From: Deltaproteobacteria bacterium
GTDB taxonomy: Bacteria > Desulfobacterota > DSM-4660 > Desulfatiglandales > HGW-15
DNA: 64,000 bases
Reading direction: 5' to 3'
Assembly (NCBI GenBank): GCA_019310525.1
Contig: JAFDEE010000016.1
Span: 3,394 to 67,393 of the forward strand
Part shown: one piece after another, positions 9,823 to 21,288 of the stretch
How the letters are laid out: each line of letters begins with the position of its first letter
Position numbering within the stretch: position 1 is the stretch's first letter
Translations under genes and position numbers: made by a program
Notes under the pieces: generated by a model
Told to the model about the DNA's origin: nothing
Database searches by the model: none
The model's input: only the letters and a program-made list of their open reading frames with translations

Positions 9823-10863
9823 TCAGGAAAAGAGGATGATTTCTTTCAGGGAGCGTTTCGGGACGTGATGAATGCCTGAGGTGTCTCTCCAGTAACGGAT
9901 GTCTCCATCGGGCCCCAGGGGCTCGATCACCACGGTTTCCTTGGGTTTCCCGAGGGCAATGACGTGGAGGATCTCGTAGCGGTCAGGAATGGATAGCTCT
10001 CTTCGGAGGACTTTCCGCTCCACGGATCCCACGATACACCCCCCGAGACCCATGCTGGCTGCCCCCAGCAGGATGCTCTGGCTGGCGATCCCGTGGTCGC
10101 ACCCGAAGGTTGTTGTGATCTCCCTGTCCCCCAGCACGATGATGTAGGCTGCGGGCCTCTCCCCCTCGCCGGGGCCTTTCCAGTCCTCCAAATAGGCCGC
10201 CCAGGAGAGGGTCGAGAAGATCGTCTCGTTTTTGGTTTTTTCGTTGGAAAGGATATACTTGAGGGGCTGGAGATTCCCTGCGGAGGCCGAACAGCGTGCC
10301 AGGTCCACCAGGAACCTCAGGACATCCAGGGAGACCGGCGCTCCTTCCTCGTATCTCCTGATACTTCGCGTCTTTCGAACAAGGTCTTTGATTCGGTATT
10401 CATCCATATCTTTTCCTCCTTGCACTGCCTGCCGGCCACCTTTCCGGGTACATCCACCGGAATCCTTTTGAAGGGCCTCGATAACCGTCCGGTCAGGAGG
10501 CGGGAAGCGGTACAAAGGAAGGTCTTCCGGGAAAACCCACCTGAACTCCTGGCCCTCCCGGGAGACAGGACGTCCCTTCATACCGGTGCAATGAAAAACG
10601 TGGAGCGTAATCTTTCGGGTCTCGTATTCGTGCTCTACGGTCAGGAAATGGGCCCCCGGCTGGACCTCGATCCCCAACTCCTCCCGGATCTCCCGCTTGA
10701 GGCACTCGCGAAGCCCTTCTCCCGGCTCCTGCTTTCCCCCCGGAAATTCCCAGAATCCGGCCATATGAAAACCCGGGGGACGCCTGGCGATCAGGAGCCG
10801 CCCTTCCTTCCAAATCAGGCCGGCAGTGACGAATAAATGGGGTTTAGGGGTTCCGGGTTTCAT
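9823..10863 (-). CDS. NUDIX hydrolase (MutT-like) fused to a nitroreductase-family domain
   Basis: The N-terminal ~135 aa carry the Nudix box GGKQEPGEGLRECLKREIREELG. The C-terminal ~195 aa (from MDEYRIKDLVRKTRSIRRY...) resemble the NAD(P)H nitroreductase family. No stop codon separates the two parts. An internal ATG at 10407 has its own AAGGAGG SD. Confidence 0.75.
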   Translation of the reverse strand: MKPGTPKPHLFVTAGLIWKEGRLLIARRPPGFHMAGFWEFPGGKQEPGEGLRECLKREIREELGIEVQPGAHFLTVEHEYETRKITLHVFHCTGMKGRPVSREGQEFRWVFPEDLPLYRFPPPDRTVIEALQKDSGGCTRKGGRQAVQGGKDMDEYRIKDLVRKTRSIRRYEEGAPVSLDVLRFLVDLARCSASAGNLQPLKYILSNEKTKNETIFSTLSWAAYLEDWKGPGEGERPAAYIIVLGDREITTTFGCDHGIASQSILLGAASMGLGGCIVGSVERKVLRRELSIPDRYEILHVIALGKPKETVVIEPLGPDGDIRYWRDTSGIHHVPKRSLKEIILFS

Positions 10864-12790
10864 GGGGCAGGACTTTCAACCGGAGCCTGAGGTAGGCATC
10901 CTCGGCCTCCTCCATTGAGGGATCGATTTCCAGGACTTTCTTGTAGGCCTCCAGGGCGTCCCTCTCCCGGCCCTCGTTCTCCAAGATCCTGGCTTGTTCG
11001 AGGAGCAAGCGGATATAGGCCTTCCTGGCCTCTTCGTGTTGGGGGGAAATATCAAGGATACGCCTGTAAGTCTCCAGGGCCTCCTTCAACCTCCCCTTTT
11101 TGTCCTGGAGTCTCGCCACCTGCAGCAGGAGGGAAACATCACGGGGGCGGGACTTCACGAGCCTTTTAAGCTCCAAAAGGGCAGCCTCTTCGGCTCCCGT
11201 CTTGAGATAGGCGACGACCAGGTATTCCCGCAAGGACTCATTATGGGGGAGGGCCTGAAGCCCTTTTTCCAGAATGGGAATGAGCTTTTGATAGGCACCC
11301 CTTTTGTCTGCATATTCGAATATATAGACGTAGGGGGTCGGATCTTTCGGATTCAAACGGATCAGGGTCAGGGCCTCCTTGTAAGCCTGATCCGCCCTTT
11401 TTAATCGTCGGTAGATATCAAATAAGAGATTGTGGGTCTCCCTGTCGTTGGGATGGTTTTTCAAAAACCTCTCAAGATATTTGGCGCCCTTTTTCTGGTT
11501 CCCCATCTCGAATTCGAGGACCCCGATATTGTAAAGGAGGGTATCATTCTGGGGATTAAGGGCCAGGAGCTTCAGATAGAGATCCCGCAATGCCTTTTTG
11601 TCCTTCTTGGCCTCCGCCACGGATACCATGAGGGTCAAGGCCTCGATTGAATCGGGCCTCTCCTTGAGGACTTGGCGCAGATACTTTTCCGCCTTCCTGA
11701 GCTTCTTTTCTTTCAGATACCTTTCAGCCAGGCTGATGCGCCCATCAAGGTCGGCCTTGTTTAAATCGATCGCCTTTGAGAGATACTCGTCCGCCTTTTT
11801 TTTGTTTCCCTCCTTTTCATAGAGACTGGAGAGATTGTAATAGAGGTTGACATCCTTAGGATCTCTTTTGAGGGCCTCGAGGTAGGCATCGATCGCTTTT
11901 ACCGTCTGATTCGTCTTGGAATAGAGATAGCCCAAGGTTTTATATAGGGCGGCGCTCTGAGGGCCTTTCACACCTTTGAGGGCCGCCTCGTAGGACCTGA
12001 TGGCCTCTTGAATCTTTCCAGAGGCCTCCAACTCCTCGGCCAGGCGAAGATGAAGCGCACCGTTTTCAGGGTGAAGCCTGATCAGCCTTTCAAGCACAGA
12101 GATGATTCCCGCCCTGTCGGAAGCGGATTCATAGATCCCGAGCAACCTCGTAAGGATCTTTTCGTCCTGCTTGCCGGCGGCCTCTTTTTCCAGCATCCGC
12201 GCAGCATCCTTCCATTTTTCGGCCGCCGCATAGGCCTCTATGAGGGCCTTCCTCACTTCGGGATCCCCCGGTAGTTGTTCCAGCGCCTTTTCGAGAAATG
12301 CAACCTTGCGGGTCTTATCGATTATGCGATTTGCCCGCTCAAGCCAGTCCTCGACCTGGGGTTCGACACGCAAGGCCACTTCCCCCAGGGTCCTGTTCCG
12401 TTGCTTGACTGTGATTTTGATGGTCCGCCCTTCAAAGATATCCTTTTCGGGTATCAGTTGAGATATGCCCATTTCCTCGAAAAAAAGCGCATTGACATCG
12501 AAGTCCGGCGAATAAAGCCGGATCTCCCGGTTGAAGAGGCGGTTGGTGGAGATTTCAAGGATTCTGAGTCTGTCGCGGGGATGGAGATCCAGGATCTCAC
12601 CCTTGAGGAGTTTCAAGGGCTGACCGTTTTTTTCCACGACGAGATAATTGAAGAGAGGGGATTCAGGAAACAGATAAGGCCATGACCACCACAGTAGACC
12701 TGCTGCAGCGATGAGCAGGATCAATACAATCCACGGGGTGGTCCGTGGAGGGCGAGGTTTTTTTCTCTTCTTTTTTGTCGTTCTAGCCAA
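10844..12790 (-). CDS. membrane-anchored TPR-repeat protein
   Basis: 648 aa with a basic N-terminus plus one TM helix (PWIVLILLIAAAGLLWWSW), followed by many TPR-like repeats. The start abuts the secF stop, and the stop overlaps the next gene by 20 nt. Confidence 0.75.
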   Translation of the reverse strand: MARTTKKKRKKPRPPRTTPWIVLILLIAAAGLLWWSWPYLFPESPLFNYLVVEKNGQPLKLLKGEILDLHPRDRLRILEISTNRLFNREIRLYSPDFDVNALFFEEMGISQLIPEKDIFEGRTIKITVKQRNRTLGEVALRVEPQVEDWLERANRIIDKTRKVAFLEKALEQLPGDPEVRKALIEAYAAAEKWKDAARMLEKEAAGKQDEKILTRLLGIYESASDRAGIISVLERLIRLHPENGALHLRLAEELEASGKIQEAIRSYEAALKGVKGPQSAALYKTLGYLYSKTNQTVKAIDAYLEALKRDPKDVNLYYNLSSLYEKEGNKKKADEYLSKAIDLNKADLDGRISLAERYLKEKKLRKAEKYLRQVLKERPDSIEALTLMVSVAEAKKDKKALRDLYLKLLALNPQNDTLLYNIGVLEFEMGNQKKGAKYLERFLKNHPNDRETHNLLFDIYRRLKRADQAYKEALTLIRLNPKDPTPYVYIFEYADKRGAYQKLIPILEKGLQALPHNESLREYLVVAYLKTGAEEAALLELKRLVKSRPRDVSLLLQVARLQDKKGRLKEALETYRRILDISPQHEEARKAYIRLLLEQARILENEGRERDALEAYKKVLEIDPSMEEAEDAYLRLRLKVLPHETRNP

Positions 12791-13867
12791 TCAACGTCCT
12801 GTCCTGACCAGACCTTTTTTGATTTTCGAGCTTTCGGAAAAACGACCTTGCCACACGAGAAGGATCGGGCTCGCCACAAAGATGGAAGAATAGGTGCCGA
12901 TAACGATCCCGACCAGCAGGGCGAAGGCGAAATCATGGATTACGCCGCCCCCTAAGATAAAGAGGGCGATAACGACGACCAGGGTCGTGGATGATGTGAG
13001 GATGGTTCTGCTCAGGGTCTCGTTGATGCTGCTGTTCATGATCTCTTCAAAGCTTCTCCTCCGGTAGCGCCCCAGGTTTTCCCGGATCCGGTCGAACACC
13101 ACGATGGTGTCGTTAAGGGAGTACCCCACGATGGTGAGGAAGGCCGCAATGATGGAGAGGGATATTTCCCGGTCCGTGATGGCGAAGGCCCCGACCGTTA
13201 TGGTGACATCGTGGATCAGGGCGATGATAGCGCCTAGGGCGTACTTCAGCCTGAGGAACCAGCAAAGGCCCAGGGTCACCAAGAGGGCGAGCAGGATCAG
13301 CCAAGTTACACTTACCCCGAACCCGGAAGCCACATATACTACGATGGCCAGGGAGATGGCCATGATGATGCTCATCAGCCACTGATGTTCGAAGCGGCCG
13401 GATATGTAAATGGCGATGAACAGGATGGAGTAAAATATGGCGAAAAGGGCCTTTTGCCGTAAGTCCTTTCCCACTTTGGGGCCGACCATCTCCACCCGCC
13501 TGATATCCGCTTCTTTTCCGAAATGATCCTCAAGGGCCTTCTTGACTTTTTCATCGAGCCCGGAGAGTTCAATATCGGTCTTTCTTACCCGGATGAGGTA
13601 CTCGGCATGGCCCCTCTCTCCGAATTCCTGGATAATGCTGTCCTGGAGTTGGATAGGCTCCAGGGCCTTTCGGATATCGGCGGGAGACTCTTTTTCCGCC
13701 AGCTTGACCTGGATAAGCACCCCGCCTGTAAAATCGACACCATAATTGGGACCCTGCCGCCAGATGAGCAGGATGACCGTCAGGAAGATCAGCGTCAGCG
13801 AAAAGCAAAGAGCGATTTTCCTTTTCCCGATAAAGTCGATGTTGATCCCTGGTTTAATGAATTCCAT
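12791..13867 (-). CDS. secF: protein translocase subunit SecF
   Basis: 358 aa, polytopic, with the typical SecF N-terminus MEFIKPGINIDFIGKRK. It lies downstream of secD. Confidence 0.93.
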   Translation of the reverse strand: MEFIKPGINIDFIGKRKIALCFSLTLIFLTVILLIWRQGPNYGVDFTGGVLIQVKLAEKESPADIRKALEPIQLQDSIIQEFGERGHAEYLIRVRKTDIELSGLDEKVKKALEDHFGKEADIRRVEMVGPKVGKDLRQKALFAIFYSILFIAIYISGRFEHQWLMSIIMAISLAIVVYVASGFGVSVTWLILLALLVTLGLCWFLRLKYALGAIIALIHDVTITVGAFAITDREISLSIIAAFLTIVGYSLNDTIVVFDRIRENLGRYRRRSFEEIMNSSINETLSRTILTSSTTLVVVIALFILGGGVIHDFAFALLVGIVIGTYSSIFVASPILLVWQGRFSESSKIKKGLVRTGR

Positions 13868-13944
13868 AGAATGACCTGCCTTTTTTTATTTGTCCTCCAC
13901 CCGCCCCGGCTGGCCCGAGCGGGAAACCCATCAGCCTGTCGCGC

Positions 13945-15546
13945 TTAAATACTCAGCTTCGTCTGCCGTTTCACCGTGAAAAAGTAATCGAATACTATGC
14001 GGGTCATGAACACCGCTGTTACGAAACTTGCCACGATACCGATACTCAAGGTGACGGCGAATCCCCTGACCGGTCCGGTCCCGAACTGGAAGAGGACCAG
14101 AGCCGCGATGAAGGTCGTAACATTAGCGTCAAGGATGGTGACCAGGGCCTTTGCATACCCCGCGTCAATGGCTGCGCGCGGGGGTTTCCCGAGCCTCAAT
14201 TCTTCCCGGATACGCTCAAAGATAAGAACATTGGCGTCCACGGCCATGCCGATGGTCAGAATGATGCCCGCAATTCCGGGGAGGGTCAGGGTCGCCCCGA
14301 AAAAGGCCAGTCCCGCCATGATGAAGAGGATGTTCAAGAACAGGGCCATGTCGGCCACCAGTCCCGAGAGTCCATAGTAGAGCACCATGAAGAGTACCAC
14401 CGCGGCGCCCCCGATCACCATGGACTTGAGGCCCTTTTGAATGGAATCCTTCCCGAGGGACGGCCCAACGGTTCTCTCTTCCAGGATTTTCACAGGGGCG
14501 GGCAGTGCCCCTGCCCGGAGCACGATGGCCAGGTCCCTGGCCTCTTCCATGGTAAAATTGCCGGTGATCTGCGCCCTTCCGCCCGATATTTTGTCCCGAA
14601 TTACGGGTGCGGAATAGACATGGTTGTCGAGAACGATGGCCAACCTTTTTCCAATGTGTTCTCCAGTGATCCTCTCGAAGAGTTTAGCCCCCCGGGCGTC
14701 GAAGGCGATGGACACGTAAGGTTCGTTGTACTGGCTGTCGATCTGGACCCTGGCATCCGTCAGGTACTCGCCCGTCAGCAGGGTTCGCCTCTTAAGAAGA
14801 TAAGGGACCTCCTTTTTGATGCCGGTTTGGGGGTCAACGGTCACCTGTTTCAGGATTTCATCCCCGGGTGGGATGTTCCCCTTGAGTGCGTCTTCAAGGC
14901 TGTTTTCCTCGTCCAGGAGTTTGAATTCCAGCAGTGCCGTCTTTCCTATCAATTCAATGGCCCTCTTCGGGTCTTGGATCCCGGGGAGTTGAATCAGGAT
15001 CCTGTGATTTTCCTGGGGGCGGATGTCAGGTTCGCTCACACCGAACTGATCCACCCGGTTGCGGATGGTCTCAAGGGCCTGATCGGATGCCATCTTCATG
15101 ATGTGATTCCGGGCCTTTGGGCTCAGGTCCAACAGGAAGGCCACCCCGTTTTCAACCTTGGGCCCCCGCTTGATCTCGAAATCCGGATAGTTCCGGTCGA
15201 TGAGATCCTTCAGGTCGGAGGCGCTCTCTTCCCTGATCAGAGTGACCTGGATCCCCTCCGCTCCCCTGCGCTTAAGTTCCAGATACCGGATCTTTTTCTT
15301 CCGAAAATCGTGGCGCAACTCTTCTATGATTCTCTCAAGGCTGCTCTCCACCGCTTTCTCGGCATCAACCTCCAGGACCAAGTGCATCCCTCCCTGAAGA
15401 TCGAGTCCCAGGTGGATTTTATCCCTGGGAAAGATCCCCTTCCACCAGGGGGGAAGCTCTTTGCTCAAGGAAGGGACCAGATAAAGAAAGGCGATAAGTA
15501 TCAGGGCCCCCCCGATGGCACCCCGCCAGCTAAGATTCTTTGTCAC
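13945..15546 (-). CDS. secD: protein translocase subunit SecD
   Basis: 533 aa with a periplasmic domain followed by a 5-6 TM C-terminal half (…LSGLVADMALFLNILFIMAGLAFFGATLTLPGIAGIILTIGMAVDANVLIFERIREE). yajC-secD-secF synteny. Confidence 0.93.
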   Translation of the reverse strand: MTKNLSWRGAIGGALILIAFLYLVPSLSKELPPWWKGIFPRDKIHLGLDLQGGMHLVLEVDAEKAVESSLERIIEELRHDFRKKKIRYLELKRRGAEGIQVTLIREESASDLKDLIDRNYPDFEIKRGPKVENGVAFLLDLSPKARNHIMKMASDQALETIRNRVDQFGVSEPDIRPQENHRILIQLPGIQDPKRAIELIGKTALLEFKLLDEENSLEDALKGNIPPGDEILKQVTVDPQTGIKKEVPYLLKRRTLLTGEYLTDARVQIDSQYNEPYVSIAFDARGAKLFERITGEHIGKRLAIVLDNHVYSAPVIRDKISGGRAQITGNFTMEEARDLAIVLRAGALPAPVKILEERTVGPSLGKDSIQKGLKSMVIGGAAVVLFMVLYYGLSGLVADMALFLNILFIMAGLAFFGATLTLPGIAGIILTIGMAVDANVLIFERIREELRLGKPPRAAIDAGYAKALVTILDANVTTFIAALVLFQFGTGPVRGFAVTLSIGIVASFVTAVFMTRIVFDYFFTVKRQTKLSI

Positions 15547-15751
15547 GTCTCACTCCTTTGACGGTATTTGGAAAAAGTCCGCTCAACACGTTCGAACCCC
15601 GGCCAGCCCTCTCCTGACAACCCCGGCCGGTCGTCAGATTCTTTCAAGCCAATCCTTTCCATATCGAGGGGCGGCACCCGGACCCGTATCCTCGCCCGCC
15701 CGCAAAAAAGCAGGGGCCCGGGAACACCTTCTCTCCGGAGCTGTTCGTGAT

Positions 15752-16072
15752 CTAAGACTCCGTTTTCCTGATCACTCCTCCAATGGCCGATCTCGATATC
15801 TTGACCCTGACCTTCGGAGCGATCTCCACGGTCACGACATCGTCTGCGAGCCCGGTGACTACTCCGTGGAGCCCCCCGGAACTGACGACCCTGTCACCCT
15901 TTTTCAGGGCCGACAACATGGCCCGGTGTTCCTTGGCCTTTTTCTGTTGGGGCCGAATGAGCAGGAAGTAAAAGATTGCGAACATTATGAGAAGGGGAAC
16001 GATAGCCCCCATGCCAGACCCCTGGCCTCCGGCGCTTCCACCGGTTCCCATGGCATAAACGATAGATTCCAT
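15752..16072 (-). CDS. yajC: preprotein translocase subunit YajC
   Basis: Core IVPLLIMFAIFYFLLIRPQQKKAKEHRAMLSALKKGDRVVSSGGLHG is the YajC signature. The internal ATG at 16072 follows GGAGG. The ORF-track N-terminal extension overlaps the tgt end and is rejected. Confidence 0.85.
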   Translation of the reverse strand: MESIVYAMGTGGSAGGQGSGMGAIVPLLIMFAIFYFLLIRPQQKKAKEHRAMLSALKKGDRVVSSGGLHGVVTGLADDVVTVEIAPKVRVKISRSAIGGVIRKTES

Positions 16073-16206
16073 AACTGTAACCTCCATCCTTTTGGTCGGG
16101 TGGGGGCGAGGCGTGTTTTCCATGTGGGCGTCCCATTCCCGATCTCCAAGGCATTCCTTGAAATCCGCGGGAAGCGGCGCCTCGTTTTCATCCCACACGC
16201 GACGGT

Positions 16207-17337
<1,131 letters not shown>

Positions 17338-17405
17338 CTACTATAATCTCCACTCTTTTCCGGGGGGGTGCCCTTCCGCCCCTGCTTCTTCCCTTTCACA
17401 AGGCA

Positions 17406-18461
17406 TTACAAGATCACCATGGCGTCCCCATAGCTGTAAAACCGATATCTCTTTTCCATCGCCCATTGATAGGCCTCCTTGATCAGTTCGCGCCCGGCAA
17501 AGGCGGAGACCAGGAAGAGGAGAGAGGATTTGGGCAAGTGAAAATTGGTGATCAGTCCATCCACTGCCTTGAAACGGTATCCCGGGGTGATAAGAAGGTC
17601 CGTGGTTCCGTTTCCGTGGGTGATGTACCCTTCGGAATCGGCCAAGGTCTCCAGGGTCCGGACTACTGTCGTCCCAACGGCGATTACCCGTCGCCCCTCG
17701 GCTTTGCAGCGGTTGACCGCCTCGGCGGTTTCCTTGCCGACCCGGTAGGATTCCTTTCCCAGGTGGTGTTTCCTGATATCTTTCGTCCTTACCGGCCGGA
17801 AGGTTCCATGTCCTACATGAAGGGTCAGCTCGACCACTTCGATCCCGGCCTCTCGCAGGCTCTTGAGCACCGTCCCGGTAAAGTGAAGACCGGCAGTGGG
17901 AGCAGCCACAGCCCCCTTCTCTTTGGAAAAAACGGTCTGGTACCTCTCCCGGTCCACCGCCTCCATCCCGTCATCGGCCGATCTCCTGATATAGGGAGGC
18001 AAGGGCATGGTCCCCTTTTCCTCCAGGATTGTATCAAGGGGAACGGGGCCTTCGAAAGCGATCCGTACAAGCCCATCCTCTCCCAGATCCTTCACATGGC
18101 CTGTGATTTCTCCATCAAAGAACAGGCGGCTTCCCCGGCGGGGTCGCTTTGAAGATCTAAGAAGACACCACCGGATATCATTACCGCTCCTCCCCGGAGG
18201 AGCGTGGTCAAGGACCAGGATCTCGATCCGCCCGCCGCTCTCTTTACGCCCGAAAAGCCTGGCCGGGACGACCCGGGTATTGTTGACCACCAGAAGATCC
18301 CCTGATTTCAGCAACCGGGGCAAATCGCGAAAACGATGATTCGAGAAGAACCTTCGGGCACGATCCACCTTCATGAGCCGCGAATCGTCACGGCGCTCCA
18401 AGGGTGTCTGGGCGATATATTCTCCCGGCAGGTCGTAGTCGTAGTCTTCGAGGTTAAACAT
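17406..18461 (-). CDS. queA: S-adenosylmethionine:tRNA ribosyltransferase-isomerase
   Basis: 351 aa. N-terminus FNLEDYDYDLPGEYIAQTPLERRDDSRLM plus AAPTAGLHFT and RFYSYGDAMVI motifs. Confidence 0.95.
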   Translation of the reverse strand: MFNLEDYDYDLPGEYIAQTPLERRDDSRLMKVDRARRFFSNHRFRDLPRLLKSGDLLVVNNTRVVPARLFGRKESGGRIEILVLDHAPPGRSGNDIRWCLLRSSKRPRRGSRLFFDGEITGHVKDLGEDGLVRIAFEGPVPLDTILEEKGTMPLPPYIRRSADDGMEAVDRERYQTVFSKEKGAVAAPTAGLHFTGTVLKSLREAGIEVVELTLHVGHGTFRPVRTKDIRKHHLGKESYRVGKETAEAVNRCKAEGRRVIAVGTTVVRTLETLADSEGYITHGNGTTDLLITPGYRFKAVDGLITNFHLPKSSLLFLVSAFAGRELIKEAYQWAMEKRYRFYSYGDAMVIL

Positions 18462-18537
18462 TTAAAAATACTGACTTAAGGGGCGTAACTTAAATAATAT
18501 GGACGGTAAAGTCAAACCTTTTGTCCCGATTTCGGAA

Positions 18538-18723
18538 CTATCGCCTCGAAAGGTAGGCCAGGAGCAGACCTGCGCACATAGCAGCGAATCCCAGAGCCCG
18601 TAGTCGCCCGTCAGGGACCTCCTGAAGCGTTCGCATCCAGCGCTTCATCCTATCGGGAAAGACGAAGTAGGGAATGCCCTCCACGAGGAGTACCAAGCCG
18701 ATGAGACACAGTAATGACTTCAT
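18538..18723 (-). CDS. DUF2065-like small membrane protein
   Basis: 61 aa with two hydrophobic helices and EGIPYFVFPDRMKRWM between them, matching the DUF2065 pattern as I recall it. Confidence 0.55.
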   Translation of the reverse strand: MKSLLCLIGLVLLVEGIPYFVFPDRMKRWMRTLQEVPDGRLRALGFAAMCAGLLLAYLSRR

Positions 18724-18860
18724 AAGGACCTCAAGAGCCCGGTTCGCAATCGATCGTAGAAGGAGCCCGTTAAAATCGATCTATCATAAAGGCGGGAGGG
18801 TGGGAAGTCAAACGAGACAGGATGAAAAGGTTCCTTCGATGATGTGTTGGGCCCACCGGC

Positions 18861-19898
18861 TCATTGCGACGCTCTTTCCGCTTCATCCCTGTCTTCGAAG
18901 TACTGAAAGGCGTCGATGATGTCAAGATAGACCCCGTCGAAACCTGCATCAAGGATCTTTTTGAGATAAGACTTCTGATTGCCGAAAATGATTCCCTGCC
19001 ATTCCGGATCCCAATAACAGACCTTGTAGTTGCCGGGCCAGTCGGGATTCTCTTCCGCGAGCCACTCCGGTGGATGCTTCTTCCATTCCTCTTGCCAATA
19101 ATACCGGTACTCCTCCGCCTCCCCGATACTCATGTAGGCGATGACCAGCCGTTTCCCCCCACCGGATTTTCGTTTAAGGATGGTAAGATCACTGGGCGTC
19201 AGAGGTTTGTCGCCGAAAAAAAGATCCAGGATCACCAGATCATAGTCGGTAGCGGAGACGGCCGAAATGAATGCGTCTTTGCTCGAATACTCCCCCGGGT
19301 TGATCAGGTATAGGAAATTTTTCGCCTCCCCAAGGGAGCCGATCGGGGCGGAGTCGGCTTTGAACGGCGGTCGGGGATAGGAGGGAATCCGGTCCAGGTC
19401 CCGGCTTTCAGCCCCGAAGCTCAGGTATCCCATTTCAGCGTTTCGGGCGTAGGAATCCTCCATGAATTCAGGGGTCCGGCAGTAGTCCGTCACCAGGACG
19501 GCCAACCCCCTCTCCCTGGCCAGGTTCAGGAAGGGCAAAATGACCTTCCTTAAGGAATCCGGTGTGGCCTTGTCGTCTTTATCGTACCCGTAAAACAGGC
19601 TTTCCTGCCCGATTCCATCAATAGCATCCAAGTAGTTCCAGGCCGGCGGACCCGTTGCCTCACCATTCAATGTCAGGAGTTCAACGCCGTTTTGAGGGAT
19701 GACGGCGAAATCGGGACGGAGGTGTTTTGCATAGCGGCTGATGCTGATCACGAACCGGCGCATTTCCCCCCGATAATCCTTGGCCGGAGGATAATGGGCG
19801 CAGGCCCCGGAACAGGCGAGAACCAGGATGAGCCCAAAAATTATGAAGAGTCGGTATAGGAAATCTTTTTCTGAAGATCCGGGCCTCATATCACCCAT
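18861..19898 (-). CDS. secreted TIM-barrel glycoside hydrolase, GH114/GH166 (PelA hydrolase-domain)-like
   Basis: Signal or lipoprotein-like N-terminus (LFIIFGLILVLACSG). The C-terminal segment VIAYMSIGEAEEYRYYWQEEW...DWPGNYKVCYWDPEWQGII...AGFDGVYLDIIDAF is typical of the endo-alpha-1,4-polygalactosaminidase/PelA-h fold. The start is probably ATG 19898 or 19889, at the pelG stop, not 19979. It is the last gene of the pel-like operon. Confidence 0.6.
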   Translation of the reverse strand: MGDMRPGSSEKDFLYRLFIIFGLILVLACSGACAHYPPAKDYRGEMRRFVISISRYAKHLRPDFAVIPQNGVELLTLNGEATGPPAWNYLDAIDGIGQESLFYGYDKDDKATPDSLRKVILPFLNLARERGLAVLVTDYCRTPEFMEDSYARNAEMGYLSFGAESRDLDRIPSYPRPPFKADSAPIGSLGEAKNFLYLINPGEYSSKDAFISAVSATDYDLVILDLFFGDKPLTPSDLTILKRKSGGGKRLVIAYMSIGEAEEYRYYWQEEWKKHPPEWLAEENPDWPGNYKVCYWDPEWQGIIFGNQKSYLKKILDAGFDGVYLDIIDAFQYFEDRDEAERASQ

Positions 19899-21288
19899 TA
19901 CTCCCTTTCCCCTTTTCCTTCCTTTGTTCCTCAACGGCTTTCCTGAAAACCTCATACTCCAGTCCTCCCACCCTTCCATTCACCAGGAAAAAGGCCGTAA
20001 GGGCTGAAATCACCGATGCTGCCATGAATCCCGTTCCAAAGAACTTCCAGCCCAGTTTAATGGAGATGAAAGTAAATCCGGAGTTGGTAAAAAGAAACAG
20101 GGTGTTCAGAAGCACCAGCCCCTTGAAATCGTCCAGATATTGCAGGACGAGAAAATAGAAGAAATAAAGCGAAAAGAAAATCGATCCCAGGAGAAGATAG
20201 TGGAACACAAAGGGGTTCTTCCACGGGAACGGAATGGATCGGAAGTAAAGGAAGAAAAGCACGAGCAGGGACAGCCCTCCGTAAAAGAGGAGGATGGAGG
20301 ATGAAACCTGGCCGATCCCCTGAACAAGTCTGAATTTTTCAAGGGCCAGCTCACGAAAGGGAAAATTGTTGTAAAGTTTGTAGACAAAGGCTTCATAAGG
20401 ACCTGTGATGCGCCTTTTCATGCCCTTGTAAACGAGCAGGGATCCGATCATCATGAGGGTAATGGCGATGAAGAAAGGAAAATCGTATTCGGCAGAGTAA
20501 TGGAAGAAAGGGTCATAGGCATCACCCGTTCCCGGGAAAAACCAGAAAACCATCTTGTCGGCCCAGAACCCAAGGGTGAATGAAAAAAGGGAAAACCCCA
20601 GGCGGCCGGCCCCCTTTTTCCTCAAAAAGGCCCAGTTCAAAAAGAGTTTTTCCCTCATGTAAAGCTTCACGAGATACCCGTACCCCCCCGCCGTAGGCAC
20701 GAGCATTCCAATGGAAAATACCAGCAGGAGCCTTTCCGTACCCCGAGGTTTCATGAGGAGAAAGAGGCAAAGACCGAAGGAAACCCCCCCGATGAAAAGC
20801 TTGAACATCAACCGTTCTTTCTGGAGGGCGGAAAAAACACTGCTGATGCACCAGAGGAGAGAAAGGATGGTCGTGAGGGCCACAAAGCCGACCTTAAGGG
20901 CTGCAGAGATGGTCGAAAAGTAGAAGATCATCAGGGAGGAGAGGCCGAGGCTCAGACCGGCTACCAACACCGTCAGGGCCAGCATGCCGCTCGCAACCTC
21001 CTGGAGGTGTCCCAGGAAGATTTCGTCGGCAAGATACCGTGCGAACATGGAGTGCAGTGGGGAGGAGAGGATCAGGGAAAGGGCCGTTCCATAGGTTATC
21101 ATGAGGTAGAAGAGAAGAGGGGGTTTCCCGGTGATGATACTCACCCCAAGTCCCATGACCACCAGGGAAAAGACCGTGAGGAACCACGGGCCGATGGCCT
21201 CGAAGGAATCCCCGGCCTCCCTCACGGCTGAGAGGGTCAAAAGGGGCTTCTTGGTTCTTCTTTCAAGCAGAAAAATGGTGCCCGGCAT
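19891..21288 (-). CDS. pelG: PelG-like polytopic membrane protein (putative Pel export/polymer-handling component)
   Basis: 465 aa with about 12 hydrophobic segments, similar in size to PelG (~456 aa). It lies immediately downstream of, and overlapping, a PelF-type GT in pelD-E-F-G order. Confidence 0.6.
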   Translation of the reverse strand: MPGTIFLLERRTKKPLLTLSAVREAGDSFEAIGPWFLTVFSLVVMGLGVSIITGKPPLLFYLMITYGTALSLILSSPLHSMFARYLADEIFLGHLQEVASGMLALTVLVAGLSLGLSSLMIFYFSTISAALKVGFVALTTILSLLWCISSVFSALQKERLMFKLFIGGVSFGLCLFLLMKPRGTERLLLVFSIGMLVPTAGGYGYLVKLYMREKLFLNWAFLRKKGAGRLGFSLFSFTLGFWADKMVFWFFPGTGDAYDPFFHYSAEYDFPFFIAITLMMIGSLLVYKGMKRRITGPYEAFVYKLYNNFPFRELALEKFRLVQGIGQVSSSILLFYGGLSLLVLFFLYFRSIPFPWKNPFVFHYLLLGSIFFSLYFFYFLVLQYLDDFKGLVLLNTLFLFTNSGFTFISIKLGWKFFGTGFMAASVISALTAFFLVNGRVGGLEYEVFRKAVEEQRKEKGKGSNG

